Assembly: GCA_042217555.1 (NCBI GenBank)
Contig: JBDGSL010000063.1
Coordinates: 1 to 24,365, forward strand
DNA: 24,365 nt
Reading direction: 5' to 3'
From: Candidatus Nanohalobium sp.
GTDB taxonomy: Archaea; Nanohalarchaeota; Nanosalinia; Nanosalinales; Nanosalinaceae
The notes below the pieces were generated by a model. It was not told the origin of the DNA. It searched no databases and was given only the letters and a program-made list of their open reading frames with translations. Position 1 is the stretch's first letter, and every line of letters starts with the position of its first letter. This document shows, piece by piece, positions 1 to 7,628 of the stretch. Position numbers and translations under genes: made by a program.

Positions 1-105
1 GGTTTAAATCGTAACAAAGAGTGGAAGAAGACCTATGACGGGGAACAGGTGTTTGAAGAGGCGAAGAAAGAGGTAGAGGAAGCTGAGAACGGTGTCACAA
101 TCTAG
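1..105 (+). CDS. 3' end of an unidentified gene entering from the left edge (…GLNRNKEWKKTYDGEQVFEEAKKEVEEAENGVTI*)
   Basis: Frame 1 is open from base 1 to TAG at 103-105, with E/K-rich codons. The stop overlaps the opposite-strand stop in CTAG. Confidence 0.6.
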   Translation, partial: GLNRNKEWKKTYDGEQVFEEAKKEVEEAENGVTI

Positions 106-671
106 AGGTCGTCGATTATGTCCTCCAGATTTTCTCTGAACCGGTCATACCCCATCGTGTTCTGCATGGATTGAGGGGACTTCCTCTGGTATCTGTAGAA
201 TAGTTCCTGCAGGATCTCCGTCTTTGGTTTAACCGGGTTGATTCCATGCGATTCGGCGTACTCTCCAAGAGCCACCGATTCTCTTCCCTGGCCCGGTGTC
301 TCCTCCATCCTGAAAGGTTCTACCTCCTTTTCCTCCAATACTATCTCCTTGCTGTAGTCCTCTTCGTATGAGTCGACGAGGCCGCGGAAGTAGAACCCGT
401 CGGCAGGATCTCCACCTTCTCTTATCATGCCGGCAGCTATCTTAACTTCTTTCCCACCTGTTTCCTGGCTGTGGTTCTCTGTGAAGACGATGTCGTTATC
501 CCTACCCGGTTCAGGTTCATCGTAACTGTTAAACCATTCCAGAGCTTTCCCAGCATCCATGCCGTACTCTTCCCTGCACAGCTCTTCCATGTCGCTGTAA
601 CTCTGAAACTCGGGGTAGAACTCCTGCAGTTCCTCAAAAGCCGCCATCTTCCTGTTTTGCTGCATTGACAT
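102..671 (-). CDS. Hypothetical acidic protein, 189 aa
   Basis: Long E/D-rich ORF with ATG start, preceded by GAGGGG; begins 12 nt after the upstream ORF stop. Confidence 0.7.
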   Translation of the reverse strand: MSMQQNRKMAAFEELQEFYPEFQSYSDMEELCREEYGMDAGKALEWFNSYDEPEPGRDNDIVFTENHSQETGGKEVKIAAGMIREGGDPADGFYFRGLVDSYEEDYSKEIVLEEKEVEPFRMEETPGQGRESVALGEYAESHGINPVKPKTEILQELFYRYQRKSPQSMQNTMGYDRFRENLEDIIDDL

Positions 672-683
672 CTTATCCCCTCT

Positions 684-1241
684 CTACGAACCTCTCTCAC
701 CTGTCAGGCCTATATCACGGCCATCGTACCGTTGAAGCACTTCTTCCACATCCTCTTCCGGTTCCTGCCAGGGATAGGTCTCGAAAACTATGTGTTCGCC
801 CGCCCTCATATTTTCCTCGTACTGAAGCACTGCCTCGGGAACGCCGTCGCTGCGACTGGAGTTAACAGGCATCCCGGCCTCCGGACGGACCTCATACGGC
901 AGATAACCGGTGCTGACATTGTTATCAACGCGTAAAGAAGACTTTCCTGGTATCCTGTCGGAGACCTCTTCAAGAGGCACTCTTCCATTTACCTTCATGT
1001 ACCCTGACTCGCCAGGTTCAAAACCCGGACTGTGCCCGTAGATAAGCACCTTCTCCCCATCAACTCCCGGATCCAGAGATGCGTTCAGAGCTGCGTAACC
1101 CTTCCTTACACCGGTTTTACCGCCGTTAACTATACGGCCCGGCCTTCCACTCTGCCTTACGAGATCTTCAAAGACCTCCTCACTGAGACCGGACTTCTCT
1201 ACAAAACTTTCAAAGTCATTCCAGCACTCTTCTCCACTCAT
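684..1241 (-). CDS. Hypothetical acidic protein (start reassigned to MSGEE)
   Basis: Acidic ORF. TTTAAATA (1264-1271, minus) lies 22 nt before the ATG at 1241, giving leaderless geometry. Confidence 0.7.
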   Translation of the reverse strand: MSGEECWNDFESFVEKSGLSEEVFEDLVRQSGRPGRIVNGGKTGVRKGYAALNASLDPGVDGEKVLIYGHSPGFEPGESGYMKVNGRVPLEEVSDRIPGKSSLRVDNNVSTGYLPYEVRPEAGMPVNSSRSDGVPEAVLQYEENMRAGEHIVFETYPWQEPEEDVEEVLQRYDGRDIGLTGERGS

Positions 1242-1380
1242 AACCAACAAGTATTGTTCTAAGTATTTAAACGTTGTGTTACACAGTTCTTACGGCTTTC
1301 CAGACAGTAAGCACTATTGTAGCTGTTAAAACTGTTAGAATCTGTATGCATTTCGTTGTTCTGGGAAACTTTTCTGTATC

Positions 1381-1561
1381 TTCGGTCGATGCCCCGGTAA
1401 TCTTCCTCCTGAGTTGAAGGAAAGAACGGAAACACTCCGACCTACTTTCTCCTGCATCACTTATACAGGATAACAGGTTTAGAGAAAGAATCTGGCGTGG
1501 CAGTCACACAGCTGGTGGATCTACCGTTCACATGTTTCAGATATGCTGCTGTGTGGGTCAT
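1381..1561 (-). ncRNA. Structured RNA element, copy 1 (conserved core)
   Basis: P1 CACACAGC/GCUGUGUG; P2 UCCUGUAU/AUGCAGGA; AGUA-GGUCGG…UCGACC-GAA; UUCCUUC-AACUCA-GGAGGAA. Homologous to copies 2 and 3. Confidence 0.7.
1457..1561 (-). CDS. Putative 34-aa micropeptide MTHTAAYLKHVNGRSTSCVTATPDSFSKPVILYK
   Basis: ATG 22 nt after the TATA box, TGA at 1457-1459. Same length and termini as copies 2 and 3. Confidence 0.45.
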   Translation of the reverse strand: MTHTAAYLKHVNGRSTSCVTATPDSFSKPVILYK

Positions 1562-1583
1562 GCCCAAGCCTTAGAATTCAGGA

Positions 1584-1591
1584 TTTAAAAA
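1584..1591 (-). promoter_or_regulatory. TATA box of element copy 1
   Basis: TTTTTAAA followed by TCCTGAA, 22 nt before the ATG. Confidence 0.65.
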
Positions 1592-1683
1592 CTTTCTGCA
1601 CGAAACTGTAGTTCTTCAGTTCCTGTGGGCGGAGTTATCCGGCGGTTTAGACCGGAGTTGTTACACAGAAGAAGGGTGTTTCT

Positions 1684-2163
1684 TCACTTTCTTCTAAAGG
1701 CCTGGTAGAAAAGGTCTCTGTCTGCGTTTCTGGAGCCCCAGGCAGTCAGTGAATCCTGTTTTTCGATGTTTTCGTCCAGTTTTTTCACAGCTTCCTCTGC
1801 TAGTTCACGTGTAACTTCTTTACCTTCCATGCTGTCTTCCACATCTGTTTTCACGACGTCTACACGTATGTAATTGTTCTCTGTGAATGGCAGAATATCT
1901 TTAACTGAGTAAAGTTTCGGAGTGATCTCTGAAATCTTCTCAGGGACTTCTTCTCCCCGGGCTTCCGCTATCCTGTAGCCCTGAAGATCTTCTTCAACAC
2001 TGACCTTCTTGACGTAATCAACTCCCTTCTCCAGCACAGAATAGCCCTGTAGCTCGTTGTATCCTTTTCTCTTCCTTTCTTCACTGTCTTCCAGCATTTC
2101 CATTCCGTTAACAAACTCTCTGCATCCAAGTTTCTCCAGTACATCATCCCTGTCGTATAGCAT
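1684..2163 (-). CDS. Hypothetical acidic protein, 159 aa
   Basis: E/K-rich ORF with ATG start; no recognisable motif. Confidence 0.7.
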   Translation of the reverse strand: MLYDRDDVLEKLGCREFVNGMEMLEDSEERKRKGYNELQGYSVLEKGVDYVKKVSVEEDLQGYRIAEARGEEVPEKISEITPKLYSVKDILPFTENNYIRVDVVKTDVEDSMEGKEVTRELAEEAVKKLDENIEKQDSLTAWGSRNADRDLFYQAFRRK

Positions 2164-2278
2164 TATATCTCTACCCTTATATTTACTTTATGAGGTCTCT
2201 AGATCCATATCCACTGTTTCAGGACCGAAAGATTATATACTGCTGCAGAAGAAACCAAGACAGGTTACAGACTATTCG

Positions 2279-2306
2279 AGAGAAAAGAAAGAGAAAGGGA
2301 AAAAGG
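2279..2306 (-). terminator. Oligo-pyrimidine terminator, probably ending the copy 2 transcript
   Basis: CCTTTTTCCCTTTCTCTTTCTTTTCTCT on the minus strand, an archaeal U-rich type. Confidence 0.5.
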
Positions 2307-2502
2307 TGTGAACTGCCGTCACGTTACGCGTTTTTTAGTTACATCGGGAAGGTTTCACGTCCGTTGTCGAAGCTGTAAGCGTGTTTTTTCCTGTTTCGTG
2401 TCTGGTGCGTCGGGTCGTGGATCTGCCCTGTTGCGTGGTGGAACCGGATTCTACGTTTTGGTATCTGTTTTTTCCTGGATGGTAAATGGCCGATTTTTTT
2501 GT

Positions 2503-2680
2503 TTCAGTTGGTTCCTTCGCCTGGTTCCCTGAGTTGGGATCCGGGCAAGGAGCCGCGCCAACCTACTTTACCCTGTCACGGTTTATACAGGGTAAACAGA
2601 TCGGACCCGATATTTGAGAAGATATACCTGGATCTCACCGAGTCCACATGCAGGGCCGGAAGATGACTCGTGTGAGACAT
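2503..2680 (-). ncRNA. Structured RNA element, copy 2 (conserved core)
   Basis: P1 UCUCAC-A-CGAGUC/GACUCG-GUGAGA; P2 UUACCCUGU/ACAGGGUAA; AGUA-GGUUGG…CCAACU-GAA; UCCC-AACUCA-GGGA. Confidence 0.72.
2576..2680 (-). CDS. Putative 34-aa micropeptide MSHTSHLPALHVDSVRSRYIFSNIGSDLFTLYKP
   Basis: ATG 22 nt after TTTATAAA; TGA at 2576-2578 in the P2 hairpin. Confidence 0.45.
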   Translation of the reverse strand: MSHTSHLPALHVDSVRSRYIFSNIGSDLFTLYKP

Positions 2681-2702
2681 ATCTATACTATACAATCCAG
2701 GG

Positions 2703-2710
2703 TTTATAAA
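2703..2710 (-). promoter_or_regulatory. TATA box of element copy 2
   Basis: TTTATAAA followed by CCCTGGA, identical to copy 3; 22 nt before the ATG. Confidence 0.7.
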
Positions 2711-2882
2711 CCTTGGGAAAGAAGCAGGTAAGACCTGAAATACTGCAGGAGAAGTTCTATTATCTGAAAGAATTGAGGATTAACTGTATGTCTCAGGCCT
2801 TAGAACAGAACCTTTAAAAAAGTTCCGATGTGTTATTGGCTGGTGAACACCTGTTTTAGGTGTTTTAAGCCGTGATTGAGGT

Positions 2883-2901
2883 AAAAAAGAAAGAAGAGAG
2901 G
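2883..2901 (-). terminator. Oligo-pyrimidine terminator, probably ending the copy 3 transcript
   Basis: CCTCTCTTCTTTCTTTTTT on the minus strand. Confidence 0.5.
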
Positions 2902-3114
2902 TCAAGGTTGTCGTGATTTGCCGTTCTTCTGTCCTGTGTGACCTGGTTTTATCGTGTCTCGTGTGAAACCTGTTTTCTCCATGAGGGTTTTTCCAAGTGG
3001 TTCGGATCTGATCTGCTGATGACGGAAGCGTTTGCTATTGTATACTGGGTTCTGGCTGTGTTTAAGTAGTTTTTATCCGGTTTTTCTCTTCAAGGAGGAA
3101 CATGTCCGGCATAT

Positions 3115-3297
3115 TTCGGTTGAGGTCTCTTGCCCGAGGTCCGCTGAGTTGCGGGCCAGGCCAGTTTTCCCCAACCTACTTATCCTGTATCAGAAATACA
3201 GGATAGTCAGATTGGAGAACCACTTAGAAATATAGGTCACACAGCGACGGCTGGACACGTTCATTCTGCCTGCCGCGAAATGTGCTGCGTGACTCAT
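3115..3297 (-). ncRNA. Structured RNA element, copy 3 (conserved core)
   Basis: P1 GUCACGCAGC/GCUGUGUGAC; P2 UAUCCUGUAU/AUACAGGAUA; AGUA-GGUUGGGG…CCUCAACC-GAA; CCGC-AACUCA-GCGG. Confidence 0.72.
3190..3297 (-). CDS. Putative 35-aa micropeptide MSHAAHFAAGRMNVSSRRCVTYISKWFSNLTILYF
   Basis: Internal ATG of track ORF 3190..3387, lying 22 nt after TTTATAAA; TGA in the P2 hairpin. Confidence 0.45.
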   Translation of the reverse strand: MSHAAHFAAGRMNVSSRRCVTYISKWFSNLTILYF

Positions 3298-3319
3298 ACC
3301 CTTACTTTGCATTCCAGGG

Positions 3320-3327
3320 TTTATAAA
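3320..3327 (-). promoter_or_regulatory. TATA box of element copy 3
   Basis: TTTATAAA followed by CCCTGGA, 22 nt before the ATG. Confidence 0.7.
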
Positions 3328-3416
3328 TGTTCGGTTCGATGTTACGCAGTCTTTCCAGATGCTGTAGTTACCATTAAAGTGTAACATTTAAGTGTTGTGT
3401 TTTTGTGTTTGTGACT

Positions 3417-4586
3417 ATGGAAGGTGTTTCGCTGGAGGAGTCGGAAGGGTTTCTCTCCGATCTTGAGGAGGTGAAACGTGAGCTGGAGAGGAAGCCTGAC
3501 AGGGCTGTTGAGCATCATGGCGTTGATGACACGGTTGAGGCAGCGCAGGAACTCTTGAAAGATATCAACTCCGGCGGTTATGTCGATCCTACTTTCTACG
3601 TGAAGAAGGCTGAGGGGAAGGAGGATGTGGGGCCTTTCCATGATTTAATTGATTTTGATCCACGTGAGGTTCTTGAAGATGGTTCTCCTGCTGATCTTGA
3701 TGGGAGAGAGGTTCAGGAGTTACGTAGGCAGGGTATAGAGCTGCGTAATGTGGTGGAGTACAGTGAAGATCTGTACGATGATCTGAGGCCTTACCTGCCT
3801 GAGGAGATGAGGGAGGCTGCTGAAGAGTACAGTAAAGGTAAAATCGAGGAGATGCAGATAGATCCCGAGAGTCTTCCATGGCTGGAAGGCGTTCATGCGC
3901 TTAGGGCGGCAGTGATGAGAAAGATGGACATGGCTGACTCCAGCTTCTTTGAGAACGGTCTTGACTACAGCGAGGAAAAAATGGAGAGGATATTTGAAGA
4001 CTACTTTGAGGAGTACGAGGAGGGCTTTCTTCCCAGGATCAGTCCTGAGTACAGTAAGGCGGTACTGAACTACCTCATAGATTCTGCAGAAGAGGAACTG
4101 GACCGGATAGAAGACGGGAGGACTGTGAAAAAAGAGCCACCAGGAGGCCGAAACCCGAGTTCTCAACAGGAGAAAGATGAAAAAGAAGTGCAGCCGGATT
4201 GGCTCTCCGACAGGGGAGAAACCCGGCTTGTATTTGACCGGGTTCCTGAAGGTCCAGAAGAGGTTTACAGGAAGGGAGCGAAGTTTCTGCATGAGTACGG
4301 TGGGATAGACCCGGATATTCTGGCCGAGGTGATAGCTCAGGCCCGGAACGACATGGATAAGAAAGGACTTGTGGAGGGTTACGACTTCAAAGAGGAGGAG
4401 CTTCCTGGCAGGGAGATCAGGGGTGCAGAGTACTTCAACGAACTGAAAGAGGCCTTCATGGATATAAGTGAAGACGAACTTGTGGATGCTGTTGGATACG
4501 GTAAGGGCAGGCTAAGGGACAGACAGAGGATTTTAGCAGGTATAAGGTACACGGAGAGAAACTTTATGAGGGAGGAAGAAGTTTAA
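3417..4586 (+). CDS. Hypothetical very acidic protein, about 389 aa (start MEGVS)
   Basis: Long ORF; TTTAAGTG (3387-3394) lies 22 nt before the ATG at 3417; T-rich tract after the stop. Confidence 0.8.
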   Translation: MEGVSLEESEGFLSDLEEVKRELERKPDRAVEHHGVDDTVEAAQELLKDINSGGYVDPTFYVKKAEGKEDVGPFHDLIDFDPREVLEDGSPADLDGREVQELRRQGIELRNVVEYSEDLYDDLRPYLPEEMREAAEEYSKGKIEEMQIDPESLPWLEGVHALRAAVMRKMDMADSSFFENGLDYSEEKMERIFEDYFEEYEEGFLPRISPEYSKAVLNYLIDSAEEELDRIEDGRTVKKEPPGGRNPSSQQEKDEKEVQPDWLSDRGETRLVFDRVPEGPEEVYRKGAKFLHEYGGIDPDILAEVIAQARNDMDKKGLVEGYDFKEEELPGREIRGAEYFNELKEAFMDISEDELVDAVGYGKGRLRDRQRILAGIRYTERNFMREEEV

Positions 4587-4620
4587 AGAGGTTTTTTGCT
4601 TTTTCTGTGTTTCTGATGGT

Positions 4621-5262
4621 TTAGAGTTCTTTCTTTATCTTCTCTGGGATTTCTTTTTCCTCATAGGCTATGCCCGAGGTAAGAAGCAGTTTCATGGCTT
4701 TCTGTATCTTCATGTCGATCTCCGTGTACTGTTCCTCCGGTATCATGACGAGGTTGCCCATTGTAGGATTAGGGCTGAAAGGTATGTAGACAGTTTTCAT
4801 CTCCTCGCCGGTCTTTTCCTCCACTGTTTCAGGAGCTTCAGAAGTTATAAGGCCGAGAGAGTAGAAGTTTTTCTCCGGGAACTCCACAAGTATGACGTCT
4901 TTGAACCTGCTTTCACCTCTGAAAGACCGTGATATCTGGTCTATAGTAGAGTACACTGTCCCGAACACCGGTATCTCCTTGATTACTGCCTCTGTCTTCA
5001 TTGAAAGCCTTTCGCTCGCTCTGTAACTGGAGATATAACCCATCAAAGTGATGACTCCGACTACAGTGAACGTTGCCAGGCCCTGGGCCACAATCTCGAT
5101 GTTGGCAGTGTACTGCGCCAGGTTAGTGCTTTTCACAATAGGATTAATGAAAAGAAAAACGTAGTCTGCAAGGAACTTGATGATCAGTACAGTTACAAGA
5201 AGCGGTAGCAGCATCACCATACCTGACTTGAAACTGTCCTTCACAAGCCTGTAAACTCCCAT
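4621..5262 (-). CDS. DUF502 family membrane protein
   Basis: Two N-terminal TM segments; IPVFGTVYSTIDQI, VILVEFP and VYIPFSPNPTMG motifs typical of DUF502. Confidence 0.85.
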   Translation of the reverse strand: MGVYRLVKDSFKSGMVMLLPLLVTVLIIKFLADYVFLFINPIVKSTNLAQYTANIEIVAQGLATFTVVGVITLMGYISSYRASERLSMKTEAVIKEIPVFGTVYSTIDQISRSFRGESRFKDVILVEFPEKNFYSLGLITSEAPETVEEKTGEEMKTVYIPFSPNPTMGNLVMIPEEQYTEIDMKIQKAMKLLLTSGIAYEEKEIPEKIKKEL

Positions 5263-5388
5263 AACTCCTTCTTGAATCTCGAAACTGAAAAACCCCGTGT
5301 CCTCAGAAAGAGAAGAGAGATCATCAAGAAAAACGGAACCTCCAGGAAAAAGATTTTTAAAACTTTAAGACTCTAATAGTTTTTGTGT

Positions 5389-7563
5389 ATGTCAATAAAA
5401 CTTGAAGTTGCTGGTACGCAGCCGGAAGACGCTGGTAAGAAAAAAGCTCTTATAGATCCCGAGGTGATGAGGTCTGAGGGTATCGAAAAAGGAGACCTCG
5501 TCAAGATAGAGGGGAATGACTCGACGGTCGCAGTCGCGGAACCGGGGTACAAACAGGATAGAAACCTGTCGGTCATCCGAATAGACGGTAACACGCGGAA
5601 GAACGCAGAGATCGGCATAGGTGAAGAAGCCTCTGTCTCAAAGGCGGAGGCGCGTGAAGCAAGGAAGGTGGTTCTGTCGCCGACATCCTCGATGATGATC
5701 AAGGGTGGGGAAAGCTACCTGGAGAAGGCTCTGAGAGGGAAGCCCTTGATGGAGGGAGACCGTTTCAGGGTGAAGCTGATCAGCTCCCCTGTCACTTTTG
5801 CGGTCGCTGAGACGGATCCGGGCTCCCCCGTAGTCGTTACAGGGAATACGCGCGTGACAATCTCCCAGGAGGCAGAGATCCCTGAAAGCGAGGAAGAGAA
5901 CATGGAAACTCCGGACGTGACCTACGAGGATATCGGAGGGCTGAACGACGAACTGGAACAGGTAAGAGAGATGATAGAGATGCCTCTGAGGAACCCGGAG
6001 ATATTCGAGGAGCTTGCGATAGAACCTCCTAAAGGAGTCATACTCCACGGCCCTCCAGGAACAGGAAAGACCATGATAGCGAAAGCCGTAGCCAACGAGG
6101 TCGACGCGAACTTCAAATCGATCTCCGGACCTGAGATAATGTCCAAGTACTACGGAGAGTCGGAGGGTGAACTTCGTGAGATCTTCGAAGAAGCAGAGGA
6201 AGAGTCGCCGACGATAATCTTCTTCGACGAGCTTGACTCCGTAGCACCGGGAAGAGAGGACTCCGGGGAGATGGAACGCAGAGTCGTAGCCCAGTTACTC
6301 TCGCTGATGGACGGCCTTGAGGCGCGTGAAGACGTCATCGTGATAGGTGCGACGAACAGGGTCGACGCCATCGATCCGGCGCTGAGAAGAGGAGGACGTT
6401 TCGACCGTGAAATAGAGATCGGCGTACCCGACAAAGAAGGAAGACACGAGATACTCCAGATCCACACCCGGGGAATGCCGTACAGCGAAGAAGTAGATCT
6501 CGAGGAGTACGCAGAGAGAACACACGGATTCGTCGGAGCCGACCTGGAAGCTTTCACCAAGGAGGCCGCTATGTCCGCGGTAAGGAAGATCCGCTCCGAT
6601 ATAGACACGGAAGAGGAAGTGCCTGCCGAGGTGCTTGAAGAGCTCCAGGTCGAGAAAGAGGACTTCGAGCAGGCACTGAACCTCGTCGAACCTTCCGCCA
6701 TGAGAGAGTTCTTCGTCGAGATACCTGATGTCTCATATGAGGACGTCGGAGGTCTCAACGCGACGAAGCAGGAGATGATGGAGGCCGTGGAATGGCCGCT
6801 GAAACACGGCGAGATGTTCGAACACATGGACACCGACTCGCCTAAAGGCATCCTCCTCTACGGGCCTCCAGGAACAGGTAAGACGCTGCTGGCGAAGGCT
6901 GTAGCCAACGCCTCCGACTCCAACTTCATACCGGTCAAAGGACCGGAACTCCTGAACAAGTACGTCGGAGAGTCAGAGAAAGCGGTCAGAGAAGTCTTCG
7001 AGAAAGCCAGGGAGAACTCGCCTGCCGTCGTCTTCTTCGACGAGATAGACGCCATAGCAGGTGAAAGAGACTCCTCGATGGGTTCAGAGTCCGAGGAAAG
7101 AGTTGTCTCCCAGCTGCTTACAGAGCTCGACGGCATAGAGGAGCTTGAAGACGTCGTCGTGATAGCAACGACAAACAGACCGGACATGATCGACCAGGCG
7201 CTGCTCAGACCCGGCAGACTCGACAGGACCATCGAAGTACCCGTACCCGACAGAGAGGCCAGGGAAGAGATTCTCAAAATCCATCTTGAAGGAAAGCCCG
7301 GGACAGAAGACGTGGACATAGAGGAACTCGCCGGGAGGACGGAAGGTTTCACAGGCAGCGACCTCGAAGCAGTCACACGTGAAGCCTCGATCCTCGCGAT
7401 GAGAGACTACAGGGAAAGACACAGTGAGGAAGAGCTCGGGGAAAACCTCGACCAACTCGAACTCACGCAGGGATACCTCGAAGAAGCAGTTGAGAAAGTA
7501 GGAGCATCCCTGGACGAAGAAGAACAGGAGAAATACCAGGGGCTCGCAGACACAGTCAGTTAG
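5389..7563 (+). CDS. cdc48: CDC48/VAT family AAA+ ATPase
   Basis: N-domain plus two AAA modules (GPPGTGKT twice, [33 protein letters not shown]). Confidence 0.97.
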   Translation: MSIKLEVAGTQPEDAGKKKALIDPEVMRSEGIEKGDLVKIEGNDSTVAVAEPGYKQDRNLSVIRIDGNTRKNAEIGIGEEASVSKAEAREARKVVLSPTSSMMIKGGESYLEKALRGKPLMEGDRFRVKLISSPVTFAVAETDPGSPVVVTGNTRVTISQEAEIPESEEENMETPDVTYEDIGGLNDELEQVREMIEMPLRNPEIFEELAIEPPKGVILHGPPGTGKTMIAKAVANEVDANFKSISGPEIMSKYYGESEGELREIFEEAEEESPTIIFFDELDSVAPGREDSGEMERRVVAQLLSLMDGLEAREDVIVIGATNRVDAIDPALRRGGRFDREIEIGVPDKEGRHEILQIHTRGMPYSEEVDLEEYAERTHGFVGADLEAFTKEAAMSAVRKIRSDIDTEEEVPAEVLEELQVEKEDFEQALNLVEPSAMREFFVEIPDVSYEDVGGLNATKQEMMEAVEWPLKHGEMFEHMDTDSPKGILLYGPPGTGKTLLAKAVANASDSNFIPVKGPELLNKYVGESEKAVREVFEKARENSPAVVFFDEIDAIAGERDSSMGSESEERVVSQLLTELDGIEELEDVVVIATTNRPDMIDQALLRPGRLDRTIEVPVPDREAREEILKIHLEGKPGTEDVDIEELAGRTEGFTGSDLEAVTREASILAMRDYRERHSEEELGENLDQLELTQGYLEEAVEKVGASLDEEEQEKYQGLADTVS

Positions 7564-7574
7564 ACAAGCTGTTC

Positions 7575-7595
7575 CCCTCTCTCTTTCTTTTTTCT
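7575..7595 (+). terminator. Oligo-pyrimidine terminator after cdc48
   Basis: C/T tract ending in a T run just after the stop. Confidence 0.45.
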
Positions 7596-7628
7596 GTAAC
7601 TTGGCCTCTCGGGTGTTCTCCCCGTTTT

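Noticed and set aside
3061..3068. Antisense (antitoxin) promoter TTTAAGTA facing copy 3
   Set aside because: Copy 1 has only a weak equivalent near 1325 and copy 2 has none at the same offset, so it is unsupported.
1381..3181. T-box, lysine riboswitch, hammerhead, SRP or C/D-box identity
   Set aside because: Apart from AGUA/GAA, the diagnostic motifs are absent (T-box UGGN bulge and AG box, CUGANGA core, SRP helix 8, paired RUGAUGA/CUGA boxes).
1409..3181. Alternative pairing of GUUG with the CAAC of CAACUCAG
   Set aside because: It mismatches in copy 1, whereas pairing with the distal CRACY shows a compensatory change and leaves AACUCA as a loop in all copies.
2057..3235. Plus-strand track ORFs 2057-2311, 2190-2378, 2308-2532 and 3032-3235
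   Set aside because: They have non-ATG or unsupported starts and a composition unlike the acidic proteome; they are antisense shadows.
1381..3297. Selenocysteine read-through (UGA plus downstream hairpin as SECIS)
   Set aside because: Frames after the UGA are not conserved: copy 1 reaches TAG after four codons, and the three copies read the conserved downstream motif in different frames.
1381..3327. CRISPR array or TIGR-like guide array as an explanation for the repeats
   Set aside because: Copies are about 200 nt, diverged, irregularly spaced and individually promoted. There is no repeat-spacer periodicity and no cas or Nop-domain gene visible.
5373..7455. Long antisense ORFs within cdc48, and likewise within mat and nrdJ
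   Set aside because: S/F/L-rich mirror frames produced by codon bias of the real genes.
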